A DNA stretch of 64,000 bases from an uncultured bacterium (GCA_963736365.1 CAVTOM010000007.1:326654-390653); one strand, 5' to 3'; positions 28,792-38,845 are shown, numbered from the stretch's first letter. Notes: a model not told the origin generated them from the sequence alone. Program-made: numbers and translations.

Positions 28792-29712
28792 TCAGTCTCC
28801 GTCCGGGCTCGGCCAGTCGCGCGGGGCGGGCAGGAACGCCACGTTGCGACCGTGGCCGGCCCGGTCGACGGCCACGAGGGCTGTCCCGTCCGGCAGGAAG
28901 CACAGGCCCTCGGCCTTCTCGATGCCGCGATCCAGTGACCAGGAGCGGGCGATCGGCGCCGTGGCGTCCCCGGGCCGCAGCGGCAGCCGCACCTCGCCGA
29001 CTGCGGAGGTCTGGTCGGACAGCAGGTACAGCGTCCCGTCGGGACTCACGGCCGCGTCGGAGTGGTCCGCCAGTGTCCCGTCACCGGCCCACCAGGCCAG
29101 TGCGACCAGTTCCGGCGCCTTGGGGGGCTCCCACGGCGCACCCACCAGCATCGTCCCGGCGGAGACCCCGAGGGCCGCGTCGCCGGGGGGACCGAACTCC
29201 ACGAGTCCGGCGGGTCGCTTCTCCTTGACCACCAGGACGTGGCCGCCGCGCATGAGCACCACGCCCTCGCCCCTGCTGCCGGCCTCGGTGGTCCACGAAT
29301 CCTCCAGGGCGTCGATGCCGTCGACGACCAGGCGGTAGGCGGCCGTGAGCCGCGGCTCGCGCACGTCGAGGACGAGCAGCAGGGCGGGGTCCTCGATCAG
29401 CACCACGGCCGATCCGCCGCCGTCCAGCGCGACCGCTTCGGCCTGCTCGACGCGCGGCACGCCGAGCGGTGCGGGCAGGGCCGACAGGTCGATGCGCTCC
29501 CACGCGCCGATCTGGGAGGCGTGGTCGGCTGAGGGCAGGATCGCGGCGAACGCCACGTCCGGGCCGCGGTCGCCGACGGCGACCAGCAGTGGACCGCGCA
29601 GCCCGGGTCCACTGGCCAGCCCGGACACCTCCCGAAGCGGGATCTCCCCCCACGCCCGGACCGGCACCGTGGGCGCGTGCGAACGCTCAGCGCTGTGCCG
29701 TCCGCCGCCCAT
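28792..29712 (-). CDS. Hypothetical beta-propeller-like protein (tentatively SdiA-regulated / phytase-like family)
   Basis: Intact ORF of 306 aa with repeated ...DGTLYLLSD... and ...EGLCFLPDGTALVAVD... segments. Confidence 0.55.
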   Translation of the reverse strand: MGGGRHSAERSHAPTVPVRAWGEIPLREVSGLASGPGLRGPLLVAVGDRGPDVAFAAILPSADHASQIGAWERIDLSALPAPLGVPRVEQAEAVALDGGGSAVVLIEDPALLLVLDVREPRLTAAYRLVVDGIDALEDSWTTEAGSRGEGVVLMRGGHVLVVKEKRPAGLVEFGPPGDAALGVSAGTMLVGAPWEPPKAPELVALAWWAGDGTLADHSDAAVSPDGTLYLLSDQTSAVGEVRLPLRPGDATAPIARSWSLDRGIEKAEGLCFLPDGTALVAVDRAGHGRNVAFLPAPRDWPSPDGD

Positions 29713-29809
29713 GCGGCGACGCTACCGCCGACTTCGCGCTGCCGCTGGCCGGTTTGGGTGCCACCCTCGGGCTCGGCGGGTCAATACTGGGCACGGGAGG
29801 GGGGCGGAG

Positions 29810-30691
29810 ATGAGCTGGTACTGGTGGATCCTGCTGCTGGTGATCATGTACGGGCTGGGCCTGCTCGGCTCCCTGTACTTCCAGAAGACGCACCCCCCGG
29901 ATCGACGGCAGGCAGACCGGCGCCAGGGCGATCGCCGTCGAGGCGGCCGTCATGCCACCGCGGTCGGGACGGAACGACGCAGCACCGACCGCCGGCGCGG
30001 CGTGGACCGGCGCCGGCCCAAGCCGCTGTGGCAGCTGGGCACCGTCGTCGTGGCAGCGGCGTTCCTGTCGATCATCGGCGTGGTCGCGTACGGCGAGTCG
30101 CAGGTCGCCTCCATCTTCGCGGAGAGCTCGCCGGAGCTGATCGACAGCGGATGGGCCGACTGCGAGACCCCCATCACCTGGAGCGTGGACACCAGCCGGG
30201 TCAGCCCCGCGGAGTCCGAGATCGCGGTCGGGCAGATCACCAAGGACCTCGCGCAGTGGGGCGAGGTGTCGGGCCTGACGTTCGAGTACGTCGGCCAGGT
30301 CCCGGTGATCTACGACGACACGAGTTTCGTCGTCACCAGCGACGTCCATCCCAGCGCGCGGCACCTGTACTTCGCGTTCCTGAACGACGCTGAGTCGTCC
30401 TTGCTGGACACCCGAACGGTCGGTTTCGCCTCGCCGACGAAGGTGTGGCTTGACTCGAAGGAGATCACCGAGGGCAGCGTGGTGCTGAGCATCGACTATG
30501 TGAAGCGCATCTCGGCCGAGCACCAGAACGCGCTGTACCTGCACGAGATCGGCCATGCCCTCGGGCTGGCGCACGGCAGCGAGCTCGAGGATGTCATGTA
30601 CTACCTCGTCGACATGAACAACGAGTTCAGCCCCGCTGACATCCAGGGGATCCGCAACCTCATCAAGGCGTGCAAGGCCGAGGGATCCTGA
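29810..30691 (+). CDS. Membrane-anchored matrixin-like zinc metalloprotease
   Basis: The ATG at 29810 follows GGGAGGGGGG. The layout is TM helix, Arg-rich DRR-repeat segment, TM helix, then a catalytic domain with HEIGHALGLAH (HExxHxxGxxH). Confidence 0.8.
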   Translation: MSWYWWILLLVIMYGLGLLGSLYFQKTHPPDRRQADRRQGDRRRGGRHATAVGTERRSTDRRRGVDRRRPKPLWQLGTVVVAAAFLSIIGVVAYGESQVASIFAESSPELIDSGWADCETPITWSVDTSRVSPAESEIAVGQITKDLAQWGEVSGLTFEYVGQVPVIYDDTSFVVTSDVHPSARHLYFAFLNDAESSLLDTRTVGFASPTKVWLDSKEITEGSVVLSIDYVKRISAEHQNALYLHEIGHALGLAHGSELEDVMYYLVDMNNEFSPADIQGIRNLIKACKAEGS

Positions 30692-30734
30692 GCATCCGCC
30701 GACGTCGCCGCCGCTCGCGTGGCACGCTGGGCGG

Positions 30735-31109
30735 GTGATCGACCACCTCTCGATTCAGTGCGCCGACCCCGCGGCCAGCGCCCGCTTCTATGACGCCGTC
30801 CTGGCGACTCTCGGTGGCAGGCGCGTGATGGAGTTCGGCGACGTCGTCGGCTACGGGACCGACTTTCCCTCCTTCTGGCTCGGCCCGTTCGACAGCGGCG
30901 ACGGCTTCCGCGAGACGCACATCGCGTTCGGGGCGCCGTCACGCGAGGCCGTCGACGCCTTCCGCGACGCTGCCGTCCGGCTGGGGGCCGAGGTGCTCCA
31001 TGAGCCGCGCATGTGGCCGGAGTACCACGCCGGCTACTACGGAGCGTTCGTGCGCGACCCCGACGGCAACAACGTCGAGGCGGTCCACCACACCTGGGGT
31101 CCGGCCTAG
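30735..31109 (+). CDS. VOC (glyoxalase/bleomycin-resistance/dioxygenase) family protein
   Basis: Intact ORF of 124 aa (MIDHLSIQCADPAASARFYDAVL...GAFVRDPDGNNVEAV). Confidence 0.85.
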   Translation: MIDHLSIQCADPAASARFYDAVLATLGGRRVMEFGDVVGYGTDFPSFWLGPFDSGDGFRETHIAFGAPSREAVDAFRDAAVRLGAEVLHEPRMWPEYHAGYYGAFVRDPDGNNVEAVHHTWGPA

Positions 31110-31125
31110 TCCCGACTCGGCCGGC

Positions 31126-32889
31126 TCACCACGAGCCGCCGCCCCCGCCGCCGCCCCCGCCGCCGGACGACCCGCCCCCGCCGGAGCCGCTGCTCGGCGC
31201 TGTCATGGCGCTCGATACCGACGTCGTGCCGCTGCTGACCAGGCTGTTCATCGATCCGATGCTGGTGACATAGAAGCCGCTGCTCACGAGCTGGTCCGGG
31301 GTGAGGTCCGGGAAGGCGCCGATCCACGAGTCCTCGAGGGCGAACACGACCGCGAACGGCAGCATCGTCGCGAAGATCGCCGCAGGGGAGAGCCCCGAGC
31401 GCTGCGCGAACTCGCGGCGCGCGGCGGCCGCGTCGGTCCCGAGGACGGTTCGGAAGCCGGCGACCTCGGCGAGGAAGCGCGCCGACTGCTCCGTCTGCTG
31501 CCGCGGGGTGATGGCGCGCGCGATGAAGAACCCAAGGAGGGCCCCGACGCCGGTGGTCAGCAGGACTGCCGTCAGGAAGGGGACGTCGAAGAAGATGCTG
31601 ACGAAGCCGAGGCCGAGGAGAGGCAGCGTCAGGAGGCCGAGCCATCGCCAGCGCTTGTCGGGCTCGTCACCCCGCGGATTGCGCCGTCCGGTCGCCTCCT
31701 GGGCGTCGACGAGGTCGCGGAACGAGGATCGCCAGAGCTCTGCCAACCCCTTGTCGTACCCGGTGAGCGTGGCGCTGCGGCCGCCCTTGAGCACCGCGCC
31801 CAGCAGCGACTCCTCCCACGGCCGAAGCGGCGGGGTGCCGGTGCCCACCCACTCGACCGTGAGGTCCGCCCCGGGTGCGGCGGAGACGTTGATCCACCGG
31901 CGTGCGGCGAGGTCGAGCAGCGTGGCCACGAGCACTCGCGACTCGGCGGTGCCCTTGCGCCCCTGCCACGCCGCGTGCATCTCTGCGGGCGTGAGGCCAT
32001 CGGGTGGCGCGTACTGGGGTGGTGCGCCGGGAACGGGAGCACCCGCGTCGGCACGCCGCCGTGACACCGCGATCCCGATCGGGACGAAGGCGAGCAGCCC
32101 GGCCGGGATGAGCGCGAAGGCGAAGCCGACGAGCGGGTTGGACGGAAGGCCCTGCTGCGTGTTCTCACGGGGCACGACGGTGAAGGCTGCCGCCGGGTAC
32201 ACAATCGCGCCGCTGAGCGCCTCGCCCGCGCCCAGGGGCACGCCGCCCAGGATGGCGAACGAGCGCACCACCGCCGAGGGGCACCGCGTGTCGGATCCTG
32301 GCGGCCCGTAGTAGCAGACGGCACTGAGCGCGTCGGCGGGTCCGCTGACCGACGCTCGAGCCGAGGCGATGGGCACGTCCCACCCCGTGCCGACGAAGTC
32401 CCAGAACAACTCGACGTCGCCCTCGGACACGGCTGCGGGCATGAGCGGATCGGCCGCGTCGTCCGCGGTGATCACGCGCAGCCCGTCGGTGACTGTGTAC
32501 TCGACCACGTAGGTGTGCGGCCCGGTGATGGTGACGTTGGGGTCGCCGATCCGCAGGTTCAGGAATGGCCCGTTGTCCGACGTGACCCAGGGGACCGGAC
32601 CGCCGTCGAGCGTGACGCCGTCGACGGTCACGCCGTACTGACGGCGCAAGCCGGTCAGCGTCTCGTCGTACACGGGTATGTCGCGGAAGATGCCGTGGCG
32701 GTACTCGGACTCGAAGTCGTAGCGGATGGTCTCGACCACCCGGAAGGAGGTGTCCGGCGCGATGGTCACGGCGACGTCGAACTCGCGGATGCTCTCGGCC
32801 GCCGCGGCGGGTGCCAGGCCCACGACCGCCGCGCAGGCCAGCAGCAGGGATCCCAGGAGGACGGTCGCCCTGCGACGCAGGGCGGCCAT
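31126..32889 (-). CDS. DUF2207-domain membrane protein
   Basis: Intact ORF of 587 aa. It has a signal peptide, the N-terminal DUF2207 region (IREFDVAVTIAPDTSFRVVETIRYDF), TM helices and a Gly-rich tail (SGSGGGGSSGGGGGGGGGGSW). Its start overlaps the lemA stop. Confidence 0.85.
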   Translation of the reverse strand: MAALRRRATVLLGSLLLACAAVVGLAPAAAAESIREFDVAVTIAPDTSFRVVETIRYDFESEYRHGIFRDIPVYDETLTGLRRQYGVTVDGVTLDGGPVPWVTSDNGPFLNLRIGDPNVTITGPHTYVVEYTVTDGLRVITADDAADPLMPAAVSEGDVELFWDFVGTGWDVPIASARASVSGPADALSAVCYYGPPGSDTRCPSAVVRSFAILGGVPLGAGEALSGAIVYPAAAFTVVPRENTQQGLPSNPLVGFAFALIPAGLLAFVPIGIAVSRRRADAGAPVPGAPPQYAPPDGLTPAEMHAAWQGRKGTAESRVLVATLLDLAARRWINVSAAPGADLTVEWVGTGTPPLRPWEESLLGAVLKGGRSATLTGYDKGLAELWRSSFRDLVDAQEATGRRNPRGDEPDKRWRWLGLLTLPLLGLGFVSIFFDVPFLTAVLLTTGVGALLGFFIARAITPRQQTEQSARFLAEVAGFRTVLGTDAAAARREFAQRSGLSPAAIFATMLPFAVVFALEDSWIGAFPDLTPDQLVSSGFYVTSIGSMNSLVSSGTTSVSSAMTAPSSGSGGGGSSGGGGGGGGGGSW

Positions 32890-33452
32890 CAGAAGTCGAC
32901 GGTCGGAGCGGCCCGGCGGCCTGCATCGGGCTCGGCGTACATCTCGCGCTCATGCACCGAGGCCATGCCGGCGAACCACATGGACGGGATCGTGCGCAGG
33001 GCCGTGTTGAGGTTCACGACGGAGTCGTTGTAGTACTGCCGGGCGAACTGAAGTTCGCCCTCGACCTGGCCGAGCTGGCCCTGCAGGTCACGGAAGTTGG
33101 CGGTGGCGGTGAGCTGCGGGTACGCCTCGGCGACGGCGAACAGCCGACCCAGCGCCTGCGTCAGCTCGCCATCGGCAGCGGCTGTCTGCGCGACGGTGGT
33201 CGCGCCGGCGGCCTTGGCCCTCGCCTGGGTGACGTCCTCCATCGTGCCGCGCTCGAAGTCGGCCGAGCCCTTGACCGTCTCGACGAGGTTGGGGATGAGG
33301 TCGGCCCGCTTCGCGAGCAGCGTGTCGATTCCCGCCCACGCGCCCTGGGCCAGCACATCAAGGCGGCGCAGCCGGTTGAACTGGGCGACCACGAACAGCC
33401 CGACGACGACGAGCAGCACGATGACGATGACCGCGACGAGCACTCCGCCCAT
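32889..33452 (-). CDS. lemA: LemA family protein
   Basis: The ATG at 33452 follows GGAGGAGGAG. It has an N-terminal TM helix and the motif ...AEAYPQLTATANFRDLQGQL... Confidence 0.88.
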   Translation of the reverse strand: MGGVLVAVIVIVLLVVVGLFVVAQFNRLRRLDVLAQGAWAGIDTLLAKRADLIPNLVETVKGSADFERGTMEDVTQARAKAAGATTVAQTAAADGELTQALGRLFAVAEAYPQLTATANFRDLQGQLGQVEGELQFARQYYNDSVVNLNTALRTIPSMWFAGMASVHEREMYAEPDAGRRAAPTVDF

Positions 33453-33675
33453 GACTCCTCCTCCTGCGGGGCACGACCGTCCGGCCCCGAACCGACCGTA
33501 CAGGCCGCGCCGCCCGCGACGGGTCCGGATCGCGCGTGGCGGGGCGGCGCGCGCTGCCGGGGTAGACTGGGACTCCAATTGGTTTGTAGCCGCGTGTGCG
33601 GCGCGTGCTCCTCGTAGGTCAGGTTCGCGGAAACCCGCCTAAGGAGCTCCCATCCGTACTTCGCAGCACTCGTCC

Positions 33676-34932
33676 GTGCCCACCCTGCGCGTCCCTGAGC
33701 CGGCCACGGCCGCTCGCCCGGAGAACGGCTTCGCCGCGCTCGGCGTTCCCGCCCCCCTCGTCACCGTGCTCGACGCCCAGCGGCTGACCGAGCCGTTCCC
33801 GATCCAGACCGCCACGCTGCCCGATGCCCTCGCGGGGCGCGATGTCCTCGGTCAGGGGCGCACCGGGTCCGGCAAGACCCTGGCCTTCGCCCTGCCCCTC
33901 GTGGCCCGCCTCGGCGCCACCCCCACCGCGCCGCAGCCGGGGCGCCCGCGCGCGCTCGTGCTGGTGCCCACGCGTGAGCTCGCCACCCAGGTGGCGGCGG
34001 TCATCGGCCCGCTGGCGGCTCGCTACGGTCTGCGCGCCGTCACCGTCTTCGGCGGCGTCGGCTACGGCACTCAGCGAACGGCGCTGGCCTCCGGCACCGA
34101 GATCGTGATCGCGTGCCCGGGCCGGCTGATCGACCTCATGGCCAGCGGACACGCCCGGCTCGACCGCGTCGAGGTGTGCGTCCTCGACGAGGCCGATCAC
34201 ATGGCCGACCAGGGCTTTCTTCCGATGGTCACCCGCATTCTCGACGCCACGCCAGCCCGGGGCCAGCGCATGCTCTTCTCCGCCACGCTCGCCGGCGGCG
34301 TCGACGTCCTGGTGTCACGGTTCATGCACGACCCCGTCTCGCACGCAGCTGGAGTCGAGGCGCCCGTCCTCCTCGAGCACCGGGTGATCGTGGTGGAGCC
34401 CGAGGCCCGGATCGACGAGATCGCGCGCCTGGCGCGCAGCGGCCGCGTCGTCGTGTTCACTCGCACCAAGCACCGCGCGCGCCAGCTCGCCCGCAAGCTA
34501 GAGGCGGCCGGCGTCGGCGCCGTCGACCTCCACGGCAACCTGTCGCAGGGGGCGCGTGAGCGCAACCTCGCGGCGTTCTCGGACGGCCGCGCGACCGCCC
34601 TGGTCGCCACGGACATCGCCGCCCGAGGCATTCACGTCGACGACGTGCCGCTGGTCGTGCACGCTGATCCGCCGGTCGAGCACAAGGCCTACGTCCACCG
34701 CTCCGGGCGCACGGCGCGGGCCGGCGCCGCCGGACAGGTGGTCACGATCGCCACGCGCGACCAGGTCGCCGAGGTGAGGTCCCTGCTCACCAAGGCCGGG
34801 GTGACGGCGACGTGGGAGGGCCTCCCCGTCGGGCAGGCTCCCGCACCGGGCCGGGCCGGCGCACGCGTGCCCTCGTCGGCCGCCACGCGATCGTCGCGGC
34901 CCTCCCAGCGAGCCCGGTCGCGCCGCCGCTGA
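33676..34932 (+). CDS. DEAD-box ATP-dependent RNA helicase
   Basis: Intact ORF of 418 aa with a Q motif (FPIQ), GSGKT, DEAD (VLDEADHM), SAT, and HRSGRTARAG. Confidence 0.9.
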   Translation: MPTLRVPEPATAARPENGFAALGVPAPLVTVLDAQRLTEPFPIQTATLPDALAGRDVLGQGRTGSGKTLAFALPLVARLGATPTAPQPGRPRALVLVPTRELATQVAAVIGPLAARYGLRAVTVFGGVGYGTQRTALASGTEIVIACPGRLIDLMASGHARLDRVEVCVLDEADHMADQGFLPMVTRILDATPARGQRMLFSATLAGGVDVLVSRFMHDPVSHAAGVEAPVLLEHRVIVVEPEARIDEIARLARSGRVVVFTRTKHRARQLARKLEAAGVGAVDLHGNLSQGARERNLAAFSDGRATALVATDIAARGIHVDDVPLVVHADPPVEHKAYVHRSGRTARAGAAGQVVTIATRDQVAEVRSLLTKAGVTATWEGLPVGQAPAPGRAGARVPSSAATRSSRPSQRARSRRR

Positions 34933-34965
34933 CCCGATCATGGGCAGCGCGGACCATCGACGGGC

Positions 34966-36894
34966 TCAGTCGCCCGCGGGGCGTGCTCCCTTGGCCCGGC
35001 CGCGCGCGCCGCGGTCCGGATCCTGGTACCCGCCCCGGGGTGCGACCTCCCCGCTGTCCTCGTCGACTTCGTGCGGCGTGACGTCGTGGTCCACCACGAT
35101 CTGCTCCGCAGCGGGCTCGTCGTCGACATCCATATCGTCGTCGGCCAGGTCCGACGACCCGGCCGCGCCCGTCGCCTGCGCGTGCGACTTGCCGGCGATC
35201 CCCAGAGCCGAGCGAGCAGCCCGGACCCCGGCGGAGATGCTGTGCCACATGTGGTCCTCGCCCAGCGCGTCGATGAATCCGGCCCGGGCCAGCGTCACGC
35301 GCGCGCGGTAGAAGACGCGGACCAGGTACAGCTCGATCCCGCGCTCGTGCAGCCGCGTCAGGAGCAGCTCGAGCATGTCGATGCTCGTGGTGTCGAGCTG
35401 GCTCGTGGCCTCCAGGTCGAGCAGGACCGCGCGCGCGTCGGGCGTGGTGTCCAAGGTGGCCAGGACCCGGTCGTGGATCTCGGTGGCGTTCGCCCAGAAC
35501 AGCGGTGCATCGAGGCGGATGACGACGACGCCGTCGTAGGTGCGGCGCTCCGGGTGCTCGACGATGCTGCCCCAGGCCGCCTTCTCGCCGGGGACCTTCC
35601 CCATGATGTCGGTCTCGACCCGACTCGACCGGTAGACCAGGCCCAGCACCGCCAGGCCGATCGCCACCAGCAGGCCGTAGAGCGGGCCGAGGATCAGCAC
35701 CCCCACCATCGCGGCGATGGCGGCGACGAAGTCGTTGCGGCGGATGGACTGGTACCGGCGCAGCGCGGACACGTCCATCAGGCCCCACACCGCCTGGATC
35801 ACGATGGCCGACAGCACGGCGCGCGGGAGGGGGGCGAGCAGGTCGGCCAGCGCCACCAGCACGACGAGCACGATGACGGCCGCCGTCACCCCGGTCAGCT
35901 GCGTCGACCCGCCGGACCGGCGCGACGCGGCCGTCTTCGACAGCGACCCCGCGACCCCGATGCCACCGGAGACGCCGGCGGCGATGTTGGCCGCACCCGT
36001 CGCCAGCAGCTCCTGGTCGGTGTCGACCGAGTAGCCCTCGCGGGCGGCGAACAGCCGGGCGGCACTGAGCCCCTCCGCCAGCCCGACGAGCGCGAGCGCC
36101 AGCCCGCCGAAGGCGATCGACGACAGGTCGCCGAGCCCGACATCCGGCAGCCCGAGGGGCGGCAGTCCCTGCGGGACCGGACCGACGGTGACGACTCCGC
36201 TTGCCTCGAGGTCGAGCAGCGAGGACGCCGCGATCGACCCGACGAGCACCACGAGCCCCCAGGGGACGCGCGGTACCAGCCTGGCCCCGCCGAACAGGAC
36301 CACGAGGGCGAGCAGGCCGACGAGGGCGGTGGTGGGATTCACGTCGGACAGCGACGTGACGATCGACAGGACGCGGTCCTGGACCTTGCCCGCGGTGGCG
36401 GGCATGCCGAGCAGGCTCGGCACCTCGCCGATGATGATCAGGATCACCAGGCCGAAGACGAAGCCCGTGACGATGGGCCGGGACATGAACTCCGCGGCCC
36501 ACCCGAGTCGCGCGAGCCCGCCGATGAGCAGCCCGAGGCCGGCGCCGATGGCCAGCGCCGAGGCGAAGGCGACGGCCTTGCCCGGATCGCCACGTGCCAT
36601 GTCGGCGACCAGCGATCCGGTGAGCACCGAGACGGTGGAGACCGGACCGACGACGAGGTGCGGTGACGAGCCGAGGACGGCGTACGCGACCAGTGCGAGG
36701 GGGATGGCGTACAGGCCGACGAGGATGGGGACCCCGGCGATGCCCGCGTAGCCGAGGGACTGGGGGATCGCCAGCGCCGCGACCACGAGTCCGGCGAGCA
36801 GGTCCCCGGCTACGTAGGACCGGCGGTAGTGCGGGAGCCACCCGGCGATCGGTACGTAGCGCCGCCACGTCGGCGGCGCAACGGCGATCGTCAT
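34966..36894 (-). CDS. SulP-family anion (sulfate) transporter with a C-terminal STAS domain
   Basis: Intact ORF of 642 aa with a polytopic N-terminal part and a STAS-like C-terminus. Confidence 0.88.
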   Translation of the reverse strand: MTIAVAPPTWRRYVPIAGWLPHYRRSYVAGDLLAGLVVAALAIPQSLGYAGIAGVPILVGLYAIPLALVAYAVLGSSPHLVVGPVSTVSVLTGSLVADMARGDPGKAVAFASALAIGAGLGLLIGGLARLGWAAEFMSRPIVTGFVFGLVILIIIGEVPSLLGMPATAGKVQDRVLSIVTSLSDVNPTTALVGLLALVVLFGGARLVPRVPWGLVVLVGSIAASSLLDLEASGVVTVGPVPQGLPPLGLPDVGLGDLSSIAFGGLALALVGLAEGLSAARLFAAREGYSVDTDQELLATGAANIAAGVSGGIGVAGSLSKTAASRRSGGSTQLTGVTAAVIVLVVLVALADLLAPLPRAVLSAIVIQAVWGLMDVSALRRYQSIRRNDFVAAIAAMVGVLILGPLYGLLVAIGLAVLGLVYRSSRVETDIMGKVPGEKAAWGSIVEHPERRTYDGVVVIRLDAPLFWANATEIHDRVLATLDTTPDARAVLLDLEATSQLDTTSIDMLELLLTRLHERGIELYLVRVFYRARVTLARAGFIDALGEDHMWHSISAGVRAARSALGIAGKSHAQATGAAGSSDLADDDMDVDDEPAAEQIVVDHDVTPHEVDEDSGEVAPRGGYQDPDRGARGRAKGARPAGD

Positions 36895-36942
36895 CGGGTC
36901 AGGCTAGGCCCGTGCGCGCCGTGTGTCTGCGCGACGCAGCCG

Positions 36943-37065
36943 TCACTCGTCCCAGCCCTTCTTCTCCTCCTCCTGCTCCACGGACGTGTTGAAGAACTTC
37001 AGGCCGAGGGCGATGGCGCCGATGAGGAGCAGCGCCACACCGGCGATGGTGAGGATCATGTTCAC
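36943..37065 (-). CDS. Small (40 aa) membrane protein upstream of SulP, not in the ORF track
   Basis: Hand translation gives VNMILTIAGVALLLIGAIALGLKFFNTSVEQEEEKKGWDE*. AAGGAG lies 7 nt upstream of the GTG at 37065. It is co-directional with the SulP gene and ends 49 nt before it. Confidence 0.5.
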   Translation of the reverse strand: MNMILTIAGVALLLIGAIALGLKFFNTSVEQEEEKKGWDE

Positions 37066-37223
37066 GGGCCGACTCCTTGTCTCGTGCGAGCGGTCGCCCG
37101 ACGGGTGCAGCGTATCGAGGCCGTGCGGTGCGTGCCCAAGCCCGGGGCGCGGCCCCCCGTGTGACGCTAGCGTCGGAGCCTGAACGGTCCGTGGGCGGCG
37201 AGACCGCCCCTAAGGAGGCGTCG

Positions 37224-38033
37224 ATGCGCATCGCGCGAGGCCTCGTGGGGGCCTGCCATCCGCTCCCGACGGTGGCTGTCACGGCGGTCATCGGCGCCTT
37301 CGCGTGGAGCCTCGGCTGGCGCGAAGCGCCATTCGCGATCCTGGTCGTCGCCGTCCTGGCCGGGCAGCTCTCCGTCGGGTGGAGCAACGACGCGCACGAC
37401 GCGGAGCTCGACGCGCGGGCCGGGCGGATCGGCAAGCCCGTCGTCGCGGCCGCCGTCTCCGTCCGGGTGCTGTGGACCGTCGCGCTTGGCTCCCTCGCGG
37501 TGTCCGCGGCCCTGAGCTGGGTGGCCGCGGGGGCGATCGGCGGCAGCTTCCACGTGTTCAGCGTCGCCATGGCGTGGCTGTACAACCTGCGGCTGTCGAG
37601 GACGGCGGCCTCGTGGGTGCCCTATGCGTTGGCCTTCGGCGCGGTGCCGCCCTTCCTGACCTACGGACTCGACGGCACGCCGCCCGCGCCATGGACGGTC
37701 GCGGTGTTCGCCATCGTCGGGGTCAGCGCGCACCTGGCGAACGCCATTCCCGACGTGGAGTCCGATCGCGCGGCCGGCATCGGCGGACTGGTCGTGCGCC
37801 TGGGCGCGCGCCGGTCCGGCCTGCTGTGCTGGTCGCTGCTCGCGGTGGGGACGGCCATCCTCGTCGCCGTCACCGCGACGTCTCGGCCGGTGGTGGCTGC
37901 GGCGGCACTGCTGGCGTTCGCGGTCGCCGCGCTGTGGTCGTGGCGATCCTCGTCCGCCTCGACGACCTTCCGGGCGCTGCTGCTGGTGGTCGCGGTCGAC
38001 GTCGTGGCGCTTGTGCTCGCAGCCGGGGGCTGA
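37224..38033 (+). CDS. UbiA-family prenyltransferase
   Basis: The ATG at 37224 follows TAAGGAGG. It is a polytopic protein with Asp-rich motifs NDAHDAELD and DVESDRAAG. Confidence 0.85.
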   Translation: MRIARGLVGACHPLPTVAVTAVIGAFAWSLGWREAPFAILVVAVLAGQLSVGWSNDAHDAELDARAGRIGKPVVAAAVSVRVLWTVALGSLAVSAALSWVAAGAIGGSFHVFSVAMAWLYNLRLSRTAASWVPYALAFGAVPPFLTYGLDGTPPAPWTVAVFAIVGVSAHLANAIPDVESDRAAGIGGLVVRLGARRSGLLCWSLLAVGTAILVAVTATSRPVVAAAALLAFAVAALWSWRSSSASTTFRALLLVVAVDVVALVLAAGG

Positions 38034-38039
38034 GCGGGA

Positions 38040-38809
38040 TCAGGGGTTGGCGCTGAGGCCGCCGTCGAGGATCGAGCACCTGCCCGGTCATGAACGACGA
38101 GGCGTCGCTGGCCAGGAACAGCGCGCCCTGGGCGATCTCCTCGGGCGTGCCCCAGCGCCGCATCGGCACCCGCGAGAGCAGGACGTCCTCGACTCCACCG
38201 TCGGTTCGCAGGAAGCCGGTGAGGTCGGTCTCCACCCAGCCCGGGACGAGCGCGTTGGCGCGCACGCCCCGCTCGCCGAGCTCGACGCCCAGGCTCTGGG
38301 TGAGGGACACCACCGCCGCCTTGGCCGCCCCGTAGTGCGACATCAGCGGCGACCCGCGCAGCCCCGTCACCGACGACACGTTGACGATCGAGCCGTGGCC
38401 GCCGGCGATCATCGACGGCAGCGCGGCCTGGATCAGCCGGACCGTCGAGTCGACGTTCAGCACGAACGCCTTCTGCCAGCCGGTGAACCGCATGCTCTCG
38501 AGCGGCGACATGAACGAGTTGCCGCCGGCGTTGTTCACCAGGATGTCGAGACCGCCGAACGCGGCCAGCGACTCGGCGACGATGAGCTCGGCCGCACTCC
38601 GGGTCCGTCACGTCGGCGGGCACGGCGATCGCCCGGCCGCCCCGGGCGGTGATCGACTCGACCGCCTCCTCGAGGGCCGCCGCGGAGCGCGACACGAGGA
38701 CGACGGCTGCACCCTGGTCCGCCAGCAGGTCGGCGATTGCGCGCCCGATGCCGCGGGAGGCACCGGTGACGACGGCGGTGCGGCCGGACAGCGAGGTGGC
38801 GGGGTTCAT
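38040..38809 (-). pseudogene. SDR-family oxidoreductase; two +1 frame changes
   Basis: MNPATSLSGRTAVVTGASRGIGRA...ADVTDPE is followed by AAELIVAESLAAFGGLDILVNNAGG...YGAAKAA...SSFMTGQVLD and then LDGGLSANP*. The shifts are near 38596 and 38068. Confidence 0.85.
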
Positions 38810-38845
38810 GTGGCTCCCTGGGTGAGGTGAAGGGGGACGTGCGGC

